Of a DNA stretch of 64,000 bases, positions 25,301-38,298 are shown piece after piece. This stretch comes from Selaginella moellendorffii. Taxonomy: Eukaryota; Plantae; Lycopodiophyta. The position numbers and the translations under genes were made by a program. The stretch spans positions 1,811,185 through 1,875,184 of the forward strand of contig NW_003314277.1 in the NCBI RefSeq assembly GCF_000143415.4, read 5' to 3'. Within the stretch, counting starts at the first letter, position 1. Every line of letters begins with the position of its first letter. The notes beneath the pieces were generated by a model. The model saw nothing but the letters and a program-made list of their open reading frames with translations, had not been told where the DNA came from and ran no database searches.

Positions 25301-26844
25301 AGAAAGTAACAGAACACAAGTTGTATGCTAAAGAAAGCAAATTTGCTCAACAAAAGGTAAAGTAAACAATCTGAAGGCATGCCAAAGGTAAGTTAATTAG
25401 CATGGGTTAGCTAAGTCGACCAGGTGTAGGGAACTACATTTGACTCCCTGCGGGGATATTAAATCCATAAATATATTTTACAAAGGTTAGGTTCGAGTCC
25501 CAACCCTCTAGTAAAGCAAGGCTAAATTCAAATCCCAACCCTATACTATGACATGGTGAGGTGAGAGGTATAGAGACACCTATAGTCCATTGTCATGGGC
25601 TCTTGGCTGGGGAGGTTAACTTAGGCATACCGTTAAGTGGGGGGATGCCCCTAGAGACATAGTCAACAAGTCGTAAGATTAAAAAGAGACATGTATCAAA
25701 CTTCTATGGGTGGTGGAGTTGTAGGAACTAACTTCCTGAGATGTTGTAGGCTAAAGGATCCCCAAAAGCACGACCGAAATGATAAAAAGTTCATCGAATA
25801 GGACCCAGTTCGAGATCAAGTTCGAGACTAACTTTGAGACCGAGTTCGAGACCAAGTCCGAGATCAAGTTTGAGACCGAGTCTGAAATCCAAGATCAGGT
25901 TCGAGACCAAGTTCGAGGTCGAGTCTGAAACAAAGTCCTAGATTTGGTCCGAAATCGAGTCCAAAATCGAGTCTGAGACTAAGTCCAAGGTCGAGTCCAA
26001 GACCAAGTCCGAGGTTGAGTCCGAGATCAAGTCCAAGACCAAGTTCAAATACCAATACAGGTCATGGGGTGAAAGCCTAAAGCGTGTGTCTCCTAGGGGG
26101 CAAGGGCGTTGTAGGGGGTTCCAAAAGTATAGTAGGGATAGTGATGTCTAATAACTAGTCTTGAAAGAACTCTCCAATGGTGCTTTCAAATTGACTTGAG
26201 GTTGAGATTGGGGCTTAGGGGCCTTGGGTGGAAGTGAGCATGGACTCGAGTGGTGTTGGAGGGGCCACCCAAGGAAGTGCTCAAGAGCAACTCTCACTCC
26301 TAGAAGGGAAACTCACTACAATGCTTCAGACTTATATGATGTGATGCTTTATTTGAATACCTTGTAGCTCATTAGTCCTCACCCTTCCTAGGGGATTAGG
26401 CCTTCCCTTCAAGATGGAAGTGGGGGAGTAAAAGTACCCATACCAAGCTGTTAAGCCATGATGTTTCCCCCCAGTATCCCAAAACAAGTGTTGCACTAAA
26501 GACTTGGGATTTAGAAGGACCCATGATCAAATATTGTTATACCAAAGGATATTAAGAACTTGGAAGTTTAGCGTGTTTGGCTGTTTATGCTTGTAGGGAG
26601 TGTAGTTGAACCTTAAGTTCAATTTAACCTGGAAAGGGGGATTGGGAAAGAATTTGGGAATCCGTGGATGGATGACTAACGCTTTGTTGCTTGTGTAGTG
26701 AGTTGTTGAAACCAAGTAAAATCAAGTAAGAGTTGGTACAATAAATGAGAACCTTAAAAAGGGAACTTAAATAAAGCCAAGACTATAGTGGTCAGATAAA
26801 TGAGGTAAGTTAGCAAATTGGAAAAGCAAAATTTATGGCTTACA
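22321..26844 (+). mobile_element. Old, internally deleted Ty3/gypsy (chromovirus-like) LTR retrotransposon
   Basis: LTRs at 22321-22886 (internally deleted) and 25720-26844. TSD CTTAG/CTTGG, degenerate PBS TAGTATCAAAGC at 22890-22901, PPT ATGGGTGGTGGAGT before 25720, and CCGAG hexamer arrays in both LTRs. Confidence 0.9.
22946..25365 (+). pseudogene. Disrupted gag-protease-RT; RNase H and integrase missing
   Basis: Gag LKQTGTIQEY, zinc knuckle remnant CFSCVEVGYFLKEC, protease IDIGASDNF (~24200), and RT motifs [33 protein letters not shown] and YIDDI. Many stops and frameshifts. Confidence 0.9.
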
Positions 26845-27138
26845 CTTGGTTGCGAACAATTGGCTAAAGATGCATTTACTCTCTTACATAAGCACACTTT
26901 TGAAACTAATATTAAAAGTATTTACATATAAGATGAAGGGCTTAGTGTAGTGGGGGTATGCCACAACTGGAGGAGTTGTCAAAAAAATTTTAAAATCTAT
27001 AAATGTCTATTTATAATCTTCAGATTATATGAAAGATAATGTGGATGACTTCAACAATGTTTGCAATAATGCAATATGATTAGAAAAATGATCAATAAAA
27101 CGTCTAAGATATTGCACCTTACCATAATGGTAGCAACA

Positions 27139-27628
27139 CTCGGGGTGGTCACTCTTATATAACCGTATATATCATCTGCATGTACAGATTGGGGTTATTT
27201 TGGGTGCAAACCATACATATACATACAGGCCTCAGGGTTGAGTTTAATTTGAAAATTTTCGTACGTACGAGTAGGGGAGGAGGTGGAGCTCCTCTAGGGC
27301 TCTCTATAGTAGCAAGTTGTAGAGGGCAATAGATCTCAAGCATAGTAGGTATGGAGCGTGATGTTATTGTGTATGTAGAGGATGGGGATCAAAAGAAACT
27401 TGTGGGTTTCGTCAGGGTTTAAAGGAAATATATATATGCTTTATGCAAAAATAACAAAATATTCCACGTATATATAAGAATTGGGGGTTTATTTAAGATT
27501 TGAAAAAATACTTATATGTAAGGGTATGGGGCAAATTATGAACAACAAAAAAAGTATACTAGGCCCCCTATTCTAAACTTCCAGAACGCAGATGATATAT
27601 AATGCTTATAAAGAGTGACCACCCTGAG
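27139..27628. mobile_element. MITE (~490 bp; hAT- or Mutator-like)
   Basis: ~45 bp TIRs CTCGGGGTGGTCACTCTT...ATCATCTGC / GCAGATGAT...AAGAGTGACCACCCTGAG. Flanking duplication TAGCAACA (8 bp), or GTAGCAACAC (10 bp) if the ends move inward by 1. Confidence 0.85.
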
Positions 27629-29856
27629 TAGCAACACTAGAAATATCCACCTTAGCTTTTAGTATCTAAAAGAACTTAAAAGCAAGTATTATTTATTGTT
27701 GATAATTATTTGGTGAACTAATAGCTTTACCCTAAACAATTTAAGAGATTAGTAGTGTGAAGAAAAATGGTACATATTTGAGATAATCATATTATTAAAT
27801 AAACATTAGTCAATGCTAAATTGAATATTCCCTAAGGTTCATACACCCTAATACTTTGAGACTTTTGAATAACAAGCCAAGATCTTATGAATGGATATCA
27901 AGAAAATGTTAAAGAAGGGTCTTTTGGTGACTGATACCAAATTAAATTTTTTATTGGACAAGCATCTTTAGTTGGAACAGAATGATACATTACAATCTTA
28001 ACCCCATAAAATAAATCAAGGTTGAAAAAATTAACATACTTCTTCTTGAGTTGGTCAAATGCAATAGCATAAAGACCATCTAAAGGGTCTAGAAAGAGAA
28101 TAAAAGAGTAAGAAGGAAATTCAATAAATAATAATGAAAAAAATGAAAGGAATAAAAGAGACATAAGGGAGTATGAGACAAGTTAAAAATTTGATTTAAC
28201 ACTACCTTATAATCACCAATACATACAACTAAGTTCACATTGTCTCACCTATTTGCATGTGTACTGCCATTGTTATAAAGAATGAAGATTGGCTCTACTA
28301 CACAATATAAATGTAAATAGGATATAGCAATAGGCTAAACAATAGAAAATAAACTCAAACCCATATTAACTAACACATAAAAGATAACATGAGACTTTTT
28401 ATTATAAAAATGAATTTAGAAAGTGAATATTGTATAAACTTTTGACAAGTGAACCCTTTAGTGGTAGGATGGAGGGGTCACTGACTTATTTGTAAAAAGA
28501 CACTCCATTACTTCTATAACTTTTTATTTTTTGAAAGAATCTTTACATTGACACCAATATGATATTGTTGAACCAAGGCCTTCATTTAGTAATGGAAAAT
28601 GCTAATTTGGGAAACATTGATACATATGGACAATTTTATCACACATCAATAGCACACATCACAGCCATATCCTCATCCTTATCTTCATCATTGAACACAA
28701 GCATTAGTAACATCAACTTCCATCAAAACTAGATTATCTTTTATGGGAAATAGAGTTGAAGCACATCTATCTATAAATGGGAGAAATGATGTTTTATAAC
28801 ATTATATTATTCAAAGAGTGTTGGCAAGGGTGGTTCAACTAGCATATGTATAAATCCCATAAGATTTTGACAAAGCATTAGTTATAAAATTCTCAAATTG
28901 ATTCACTTTGACATATTTAGTTCTGCACAAAGCAAGAAGCTTTTAAAGCAAATACTAAGTTACATAATGAACTTAAATGGCACTTGACAAAGATGATACA
29001 CTTGTTAGAAGATATTATTATAATTATCAATATGTCCAACTGCACATTTAAAAACATCTAGGAGAAGATTCCAATTTGTATGGGTGGTTGCACTTAGACC
29101 ATTATAACTATTGCAATACTATCTTTGAAGACAAGTGGAAAACTTATACAAATGCTAAATATCATCCCAAAAAATGATAAATGGAAATCATTACAAATTA
29201 ATCAACCCAATGGTACACATCATTGCTAGAATTCCTATAAATGAAATATAGCTAGCCACAAAAATTGATTGTAAAAACAATTAAGTCTGATTGTTCAATT
29301 GTAACCATATAATATCAAACAATTGCACCAGCTACAAGAGGGGCTACTATAAGAATATTTAAAGAATATAAAAGCTAAATCTAAACAAAAATAAATATCA
29401 AATCACTCATTAGACAATTAAAGTTACACTATATCTTTCTGCTAATCCAAATAATTTGTTATGCATTGCATGTAGCAATGCTTGGTTTGCTTAATAGTAG
29501 TATTATTCCTACTTATCAATCTAATTGATCAAATAAAAATTTAGAATTATAAATATGTTTATAATTTATAAATACAAGATTAATTTTATTGCATATCAAG
29601 TTTATAAATTATAAACATGTTATAAATTATAAATACAAAATTATTATAAATTAATAACAAGCGTTAGATAGTAAAATATCCTAGAATTTTCAAGCAATTT
29701 CTAAATATATTCACTAAGCAAACCAAAAATTTTTAATAACCATTTCAAAAACACAAGCAATGCCAAAAAGTTGATGTTTCAATAACCATTTCAAATACAC
29801 ATATTAAAATATTATTAGAATATTCCCTTGGTTCCACAGGATACTTTTTTACAAGA

Positions 29857-31569
29857 CTAGAAAAATCTGGCGTTATAGTCTTCCTCCACAAATCCAGCAA
29901 GAATGACAGCATCCTTTTGCCAGCCGAGAAAATCCTTCAGTTTTTCCGGTGGCGCCGCAAATGCCGTCGAGAGTGTCTCCTCGTCTAAAGCTTTCAAGAC
30001 CGAGCTCGCACCTAAAACGTCACAAAGTTAGCGTAGAACAAGGGAGAAACACCAAACGTACCACACAGGAACTGGGGATTATTGGGTGCCGCCGACGTGC
30101 TGAATCCCACAAACTCGAGAGCACCCTCGCGAGAAGCAATCTGGCTCATCGGGAAGTAGCGAGGAACAAAGACGATGGTGCCCTCCTTGACGGACTTGTT
30201 GAGCGCGCTGGTACCGTTTGGAAAAGAGATCTGGAAGACGCCTTGGCCTTTGGTCACTAGAGCGATTTCGGCTGCTCGTGGATTCCAGTGTGGAGCAAGA
30301 ATAGCGGCCTAGACAAAAACAAGGAAGGAAAATGGTTTGTGGAGAAACGGATGAAACCCGGAAGACTTACGGGTTTCAGCGAGACTGCAAAAACTCCAAC
30401 GCTAGCGTTTCGCAACGGAGCGTACTGGCGTCCATCCACAGCAATTGTCCGGCCGTTGTCGTTCTCGAAGTCGGGCTTTTTCTTAAAGAGGTTGAAAGGC
30501 TTGGCAGGCGAACTGGACTTGCCGCCACCATTGTCAAAGAGCTCTGACGAAAAGCTGGAAATGTAGTTCAGCCAGGACCAGGACCAGGAGGCTCTTGAGC
30601 TCTTTGATTTCCTGGAAACAAGCTCCTGGAACCGTGCCTGCGATGTGTAGACGATCGGACCTTGGTCCTGGTTGCTCAGCACTTCAATCACTTCCTCGGA
30701 CGACACCTGAAAGAGTTTTCAGAAAAGTTTCGAGGAAAATCCAGGCTACTTGACCTTGAAGGACGCAGCTAGAACGTCCGAGTCGAAACCTGAGAGAATG
30801 GTCAGTGGATTTGTTCCACCACCAACAAACGCGGACTGCCAGAGAAAAGTCTCTAATCAAAACAATGATGCTAAGCAAATCAGCTTACTTGGAAGACTCC
30901 AGTCTCGAGACTTTCTGAGGTGTCGAACATGCCAAAAACTCGCAGCCTCTGTGCCTCATCCGTGTTAAGGATGTAAAAGACGAGGCCTCCAGGAATCACA
31001 TAGATATCTCCAGCTTCAAGGTCTTGCTGGTTCAATCCATCTTCCACCCATCCAAGTCTCATCTTTCCTGAAAAGAAACGAAGAAAAGAAGCTCCTCGAC
31101 CAAGAAAAAGATCCCAAGTACCTTTGAGAACGTAGAGGACGCAAGGAGCATCGATGTACTGCGGCAGGAGGAGCGCCTTGGGCTCCATTGTGATGAAGTT
31201 AACACCAATGTTGTTCGATCCCAAAACGCCAGCCTTGTCCTTCCTGCCGGGAAGAACGTGGATCTTCCCCGCCTCGGTGCTCACTATCTCCACAGGCTTC
31301 TCAAGAACAAATGGGTTCCTGCCCTTGTGCTTCGAGCTGTGCCCTTCATCGTCGTCCTCATCGCGATGTTTGCCTCCTTCGCGATCATCCTCATCGTGAT
31401 CTTTGCCTCCTTCGCGATCATCGTCCTCACCCTCGTCTTCGCGATCGCGATGCCGCGGCTCTCGATCGCCATTGGACGCCGCATCGAGCCGGAATCCTCC
31501 CCGCGCGACGACGGCCTGGAGAACCAGTAGCAATGCTAGGAGAACTAGCCAGATCCGAGGAGAAGCCAT
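29857..31569 (-). CDS. Vicilin-like (bicupin 7S globulin) storage protein, multi-exon
   Basis: Signal peptide and acidic N-terminal repeats. Cupin motifs FITMEPKALLLPQYIDA, LEAGDIYVIPGG, PFNLF, PHWNP, FVPRYFPMSQIAS and LEFVGFSTSA. Short GT-AG introns; stop at 29857-29859. Confidence 0.92.
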
Positions 31570-31720
31570 GATATTCTGGGCAAGAATAGACGATCAGCAC
31601 CGAAATCTACCCCAAGATCGTCCAGACTGGAAGAGCGCTTACCTCAAGAACACGCGGGAGAAGAAAGATGGGGTTCCATTCTCCTGTCCAATTGGCCTTC
31701 TTATCAAAGCTTACGCTTCG

Positions 31721-31731
31721 TGCATGCATGC
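31721..31731. promoter_or_regulatory. RY repeat (CATGCATG) ~150 bp upstream of the vicilin ATG
   Basis: TGCATGCATGC. RY is the established B3-domain (ABI3/FUS3/LEC2) site in storage-protein promoters. Confidence 0.55.
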
Positions 31732-31905
31732 GTAGAGCCGCCAATTGGCGCCACTATCACCGTCGGATCCAGGCCATGATCAACGGTTGAAATTTACATA
31801 AATTCCTTCCTCTGTACAAGGAATGAAAAAAATAAAATAAAAACTCTCTTTTCCACAGAACTTTGGTTCTTTGGATCTTTGGCGCTGTGATTTTGAGAAG
31901 ATCGA

Positions 31906-33524
31906 TCAAGCTTTCTGTGGCTCTGTCAAGAATCTGTTCACAGTAGCAACTATGGCATCGATCTCGTCGTTGGAAAATCTCTGCTGGATGTTTTGGATAA
32001 TCTGCTCGCGAGAAAAAAAGAAAAAAAGCCATCCTTTAGAGCCGATCTGATGCGAGAAAAAACTTTCACGTACCAAGTAGAGCTGGACTGGATCGGGCCT
32101 TAAGTTTGCTATCTGGATGCGTTCCAGCGGGCAAAGTCGACGGATCAGTGGCTCTCGAGAAAGTTTTCTCAAGTCTTCGATGCTCTGCAACGCTGCCGGG
32201 GTCTGGAGGAGATATCTACGGACCTGTCGAGGAGAGCCAACCATCATAAACACATCCAGACTCCTCGGGTTGCGAGCATACCAAAACTTCCGACTGGCTG
32301 ATGCCATCCCTGCTTTGCAGAAGATCGAGCACTTCAAAGTTGCTCAGTCGGCCACAATCAGCTTCGAGACTGCCAGGAAAAACGAAGAAATCCATCACAA
32401 ACTTCAACGAAAGGAGGAAAACTCACTTACACTTTTGTGTTGAGTGGTTCTCTCCTTGCTGTTGGCTCTTGCTTATCGGGCTGGCGGACAGAAATCTCCA
32501 CAGTAGACTCACCGAGAGAAGGACTGTCCGTTTTCAACCGTTTCGGCTGAAGGTGACGAGAACCCAGCAGTTTATTGGTGGAGCCGCCAGCCGTTTTGAT
32601 GTCACTCGAGAATTCCTTGAGTGTCTCGGCAACTTCCTGTTCCTCCACTCTCGCAGTAGCACTTTCATCCATCTCCTCGCCCTCGATCGCGCTGGAAACG
32701 CCCACCAATCTATCCGGCCGTTCGGGATTGTCATCTTCAAGCCATGGAGCTCGAGAGCAACCTTGCGAGCTTTCAGGAGGAAGCGGCGGTGGCTCGTCGT
32801 CGTCTTCCTCCTCCTCGTCATTGTCACTCTCCGTCTCGGTCTCCTCCTCAAGCACCTCGTCCTCCAAGTCGTCCTCCATAAATCTCTTCCTGTGAATCAC
32901 CTGTAGAGAGCTCCAGCGAAACCTCTCCATCCGCTCGAACGCCACCACTGGCTCGTAGTGAGCAAACGAGAACCCATGATAGTTGCTATGGTAGACGAGC
33001 CGCATAACGTTGTCACTGTGATCTTCCTCGTCGCCCAAGATCTTCCCAGTGTCCGCGAGCCAGATCTGTATCGGCCTCCCCAGGAGCTCTTGCAACCAAA
33101 ATGCGCAGAAGTGATCCCCCCAGAGCCCCCCACACGAGGCGCTCAGCCGCATCTTACACAAGTAGACCAGCGCGGCGTCCTTCTCTGTGAGCTTGATCCT
33201 CCCCAGCTCTGGGTGGAGCTCCTGCAAATTCTCCAGCACCAGGAAATTCTCCATCCACTCCATCGCCTTGGGGTCCTTGCGGTGGAATTTCTCCCTGTAC
33301 AAGCTCACCATCGCCCGCCGGAGGCACACGGAGCTCTCGTAGGCCTCCTCCTCGCCCAGGAGATAGAGCACGGAATCGAAAAGGCAGTCGCCGGCGCTGT
33401 AGGGGTAGCCCACGATCCGGCGCAGCCCCTTGCTGCGCAGCACGCGATCAATGTAAGGAACCTGGAAAATCCGCCGCGCGGGGCGCAGCCAGGAAGAGCC
33501 CTCGTCCTCGTCGATCGCGCCCAT
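31906..33524 (-). CDS. OTU cysteine protease - acidic linker - RNA polymerase III subunit RPC9/C17 (Rpb4 family) fusion, ~475 aa
   Basis: Exons 33524-32431, 32369-32282, 32223-32074 and 32001-31906 join in frame via GT-AG introns of 61, 58 and 72 nt. OTU motifs AGDCLFDSV, LWGD and RLVYH...AHYEPV. RPC9 motifs KVLEADCGRLSNFEVLDLL, VRRYLLQTPA, ERIQIANLRP and IIQNIQQRF. Confidence 0.75.
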
Positions 33525-33786
33525 GAACCCTAGCACAGGGTTTTAGATTTTAGGGCTTCTGTGGCCATTTTCCCGCCCCGGTCTTTTAGGGCACGGAAAT
33601 AGTACAGAGCATTAGGGTTAGGTCTACCTAAAAATATAACGCACGACCTTTGCCTGGCTCCTCATGTTCTTTTGTCCTCCAAAGCCATGCACCTACAAAT
33701 ACTACTAGTTTACAACGATTCGTGCTATAAAACCACACAAATGGATTCAATCGATCGATCAAACTTTCAAACCATCTATCTCTAAG

Positions 33787-35035
<1,249 letters not shown>

Positions 35036-35162
35036 GAAGAGGTTGATATAAGGTGGCGAAATCGGAAAGTCAATAAAAGTGTAGGTAAATGCAATAAGAT
35101 ATTATCTCGGCCTAACTTCATCACTTGCTTCTATCATTTTTCCTTTCTTCTTGATCAAGAGG

Positions 35163-35705
35163 ATGTGCTTCAAGCTGTTTTTTGCATCTTTTTCCATCTT
35201 TGTGACAATGATCAAGATTGGCCACTGTGATCTTCTCAATTGTCTCTTGCCACGGTCGCCTTCGTCGAGAAACTTGGTGTACTACATCCATGGGATCCGG
35301 GTTCCAGCGAATTCTTCCCAGGTACAAAGCATCTTGCCCTTTCAAGGCCAGCAATTTCTGGTCCAGCGACCTTTCCCAAACGGCTATGGAGAAGTTTTCA
35401 GGAACAAGATCACCGAGAGCTACGAGTACGACTCTCGCCAGATCGGAGTGTACCAAGGAAGCTACCCGACAGTCCGAGATGGATCCGTGGTCTCGCTGCG
35501 CGGGACGATCTCACTCGCGACCAGCGATGGCGTTCGTGCCCGGTTTAACGTGAGGGGCCCCTACGATTTCTCGCAGCTCACGTCCATCATGCCAATCTCG
35601 GGAACTCTCGGCGGTCGAAGCTTTCTGGGGATCCAAAATGCGACCGTGCTCTTCGCGTATGGACGAAATGGTGTGGTTAAAGGCCAGGCAAAGATCTGTG
35701 TGTAG
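35163..35705 (+). CDS. Divergent dirigent-like secreted protein (single exon)
   Basis: Signal peptide. LVYYIHG, YGEVF..KITE....S..IGVYQGSY and MPISGT.G..F.G resemble dirigent motifs I-V. Confidence 0.55.
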   Translation: MCFKLFFASFSIFVTMIKIGHCDLLNCLLPRSPSSRNLVYYIHGIRVPANSSQVQSILPFQGQQFLVQRPFPNGYGEVFRNKITESYEYDSRQIGVYQGSYPTVRDGSVVSLRGTISLATSDGVRARFNVRGPYDFSQLTSIMPISGTLGGRSFLGIQNATVLFAYGRNGVVKGQAKICV

Positions 35706-35934
35706 AAGTTTGACCGTGGTTGACTTTAATTGACAAGCTTTGAGTTTGACTAACCGTGGACCTTGTAAATTGACTATGTTTGACTGCGTGGGAATGTAAT
35801 GTTCCATGAATGCGCCCCACCTACATTGCTCAGGTCTTTAAACGAGACCTGTCAGAATCGAAGGAGGTGTATAGAACAATAAAGGGAAAAGAAGAACAGG
35901 AGATTGGAGTTTGGAGTTTCCAAGCAAAGCGCCA

Positions 35935-37297
35935 ATGGAGAAAAATCTTCACCGCCTTGTCTTGGGCCTGTATCTCCTCAATGCGTGGGGAGGAGCGAGC
36001 GCGAGCCTGGTGCCCGCATTGTTCGTGTTTGGCGACTCGACGCTGGACACGGGCAATCTCAACTACAGGCCCAACACCGTGCATTTGATCCGGACGGAAG
36101 AGCTTCCCTATGGCCGCGACTTCGTTCCTCCGGGGCCGACTGGGCGAGCCTCCAATGGCAAGCTCGCCACAGATTTCTTGGGTAAGCCCACGATCGATCC
36201 CGTCCTCTATCTCTCTCTTTCTTTCTCGGGAGTTTTTTGATCGATCCTCTTGATCAGCGGGGTTTCTGGGGCTTCCCACTCCAATTGACGATCTCGAGCC
36301 GGACGCGCAGGGGCGAAAGCTCTTCCAAGGGATCAACTTCGCGGCCGGAGGCTCCGGCATTCTTAATGGCACAGGACTGGTACGTACTATAGCGACAGGA
36401 TCGTCAGGAAGTTTGGTTCTTTACTGTTCTTGAGAAAAGTTTGAAAAGTTTGGTCTCTTTGTCGTGATTCCCAGACGACCGTATCCCTGTCGCAGCAGCT
36501 TGATGCCTTTGAGGGCTCCATCGCCAGCATCAACAAACTCATGGGATCACAGGAATCATCCAGGCTCCTCGCAAACTCGCTCTTTCTCCTCAGCACTGGG
36601 AACAACGATCTCTTCAACTACGTCTACAATCCAAAGGCGAGGTTTCGCTACTCCCCGGAGTCTTATAACACTCTTCTCCTCTCCACGCTTTCCAGAGATC
36701 TCGAGGTCTGTAAAATCACAAGCACATCGATACGTATGATCGATCTTTGGTTGTTTTTCTTTAGAGACTTTACAGCTTGGGAGCTCGAAAGCTCGTCGTC
36801 CTCTCGCTTGGTCCCCTCGGATGCACGCCACTCATGCTTAATCTTCTCAACTCGGACGGCTCCTGCATTGGCGAGGTGAATAATCAAGCCAAGAACTTCA
36901 ACGCGGGCTTGCAATCGCTGCTCGCCGGGCTGCAAACCAAACTTCCCGGGAGCCGGCTGCTCTACGCAAACGCGTACGACATTCTCTTCAGCGCAATCCA
37001 GGACCCCCGAAAACACGGTAAGTTCTCCAGAAGCTCTTCGTCTCGTTTCGAGCAAAAGATTTGATTGATTGATTGATCATCGGTGGTTTTGTTCGAGCAG
37101 GCTTTCGATACGGGAACGTTGCTTGTTGTGGATCTGGGAAGTTTCTGGGGTCAGTTTTGCAGACTTGCAGTGGCCGGACTTCAGTGTGCGCTGATTCGAA
37201 CGAATACGTCTTTTGGGACATGGTGCATCCTACACAAGCCATGTACAAGCTCGTCACAGACGAACTCTATGCCGAGCTTGTGAAATTCATCCTCTAA
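35935..37297 (+). CDS. GDSL/SGNH esterase-lipase (5 exons)
   Basis: Motifs FVFGDSTLDTGN, PTGRASNGK, GINFAAGGSG, GNND, LGPLGCTP and FWDMVHPT. Confidence 0.95.
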
Positions 37298-37403
37298 AAT
37301 CTAATACATATGTTAATGATCATATAGTATGAACTTGCATTGAAATGTTAAGAAAGCATTGAGATATTTCATAATCATATTATTGTTTGGGGTGGCCGTA
37401 TTT

Positions 37404-37745
37404 TTATTTCGAGGGATTCAATGGTTTGCTAAAGTACTCGTTGAGACCGGGCATGATCTGCGTCTTCTTATCACGCAAGAACCTTCGCAATGGATGGTTG
37501 TGATAGACTTCTCCCTAGCTGTGGTTATCCAGCCGTCCATACTTTCTATCGTCTTTGTTCACCCTTTTTACAGATCAAATTACCATGAACTCTACCATGA
37601 GGAGAAAAGATTTTTACCTCACTTCTGGATCAGTGATGAGCTTTCTTGCGGAGAGATAAGCCGCCAATCCAACGGCGCCAATCACGAAAACTCCCAATGG
37701 ATACACTTCCGGCTTGAGCCAGCGTTTCCTAAACGTAGCGTCCAT
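37404..37745 (-). pseudogene. B12D: B12D/NDUFA4-like mitochondrial protein with an in-frame premature TAG
   Basis: Exon 1 MDATFRKRWLKPEVYPL...DPEVR; exon 2 VNKDDRKYGRLDNHS*GEVYHNHPLRRFLRDKKTQIMPGLNEYFSKP. TAG at 37517-37515. Confidence 0.8.
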
Positions 37746-37786
37746 TCCTTTAGCTTTTCCTTGGCCACTAGAACTTTTTGAACGCG

Positions 37787-37842
37787 GTATATTCCTGTAT
37801 ATTCCAGCTCTAAGAATATACCATCTGGAGCTTAGAATATTC
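37787..37842. promoter_or_regulatory. Four P1BS-type GNATATNC sites upstream of B12D
   Basis: GTATATTC at 37787 and 37797, GAATATAC at 37814, GAATATTC at 37835. Confidence 0.6.
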
Positions 37843-37998
37843 CTGCGAGACATCAGACTTTCCGGAAAGGAACTTTAAACAACCAGAAAATAAAAATAAA
37901 TTTTAAACAGTCTCTTGAGTTTGATCATTGTTATTGCCACGAACAACACTCGATCGATCCAGAAAGAGGAATCGATGGATCAAGCAAGAAAATTGTGC

Positions 37999-38298
37999 TC
38001 ACTTGGGCCGCGATCCCTTCTTCTTCCCGGCCGCGGCAGCGCTGGCGGCAGCCTTGGTCTTGACCGGATTGATCGAGGCGGCGGCGACGTCTGGATCGAG
38101 CCACTTGAGAGAATGGCGATTGAAGAAGGGCCAATTGGGCACGGTGATGAGCACAGTGAGGATCACACCTCCGGCGTAGACGAGCATCATCAGCTGGAAC
38201 GATGTGCGGAAGTAGCCGGCGAGGAACGCAGCAATCGCCCATCCCACCAGCATGTACTGCATCAGCTCCTCGGCCAGCTTCTGCCCCTTCCAATCCAT
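37999..38298 (-). CDS. SPCS1: Signal peptidase complex subunit 1 (SPC12)
   Basis: MDWKGQKLAE, two transmembrane segments, VPNWPFFNRHSLKWLDP. Confidence 0.92.
   Translation of the reverse strand: MDWKGQKLAEELMQYMLVGWAIAAFLAGYFRTSFQLMMLVYAGGVILTVLITVPNWPFFNRHSLKWLDPDVAAASINPVKTKAAASAAAAGKKKGSRPK

Noticed and set aside
27640-29800. Possible decayed transposase or gene in the AT-rich tract
   Set aside because: No recognisable motif or ORF could be supported by eye.
33651-33670. miR160-like sequence TGCCTGGCTCC
   Set aside because: Only 11 nt match and no precursor hairpin.
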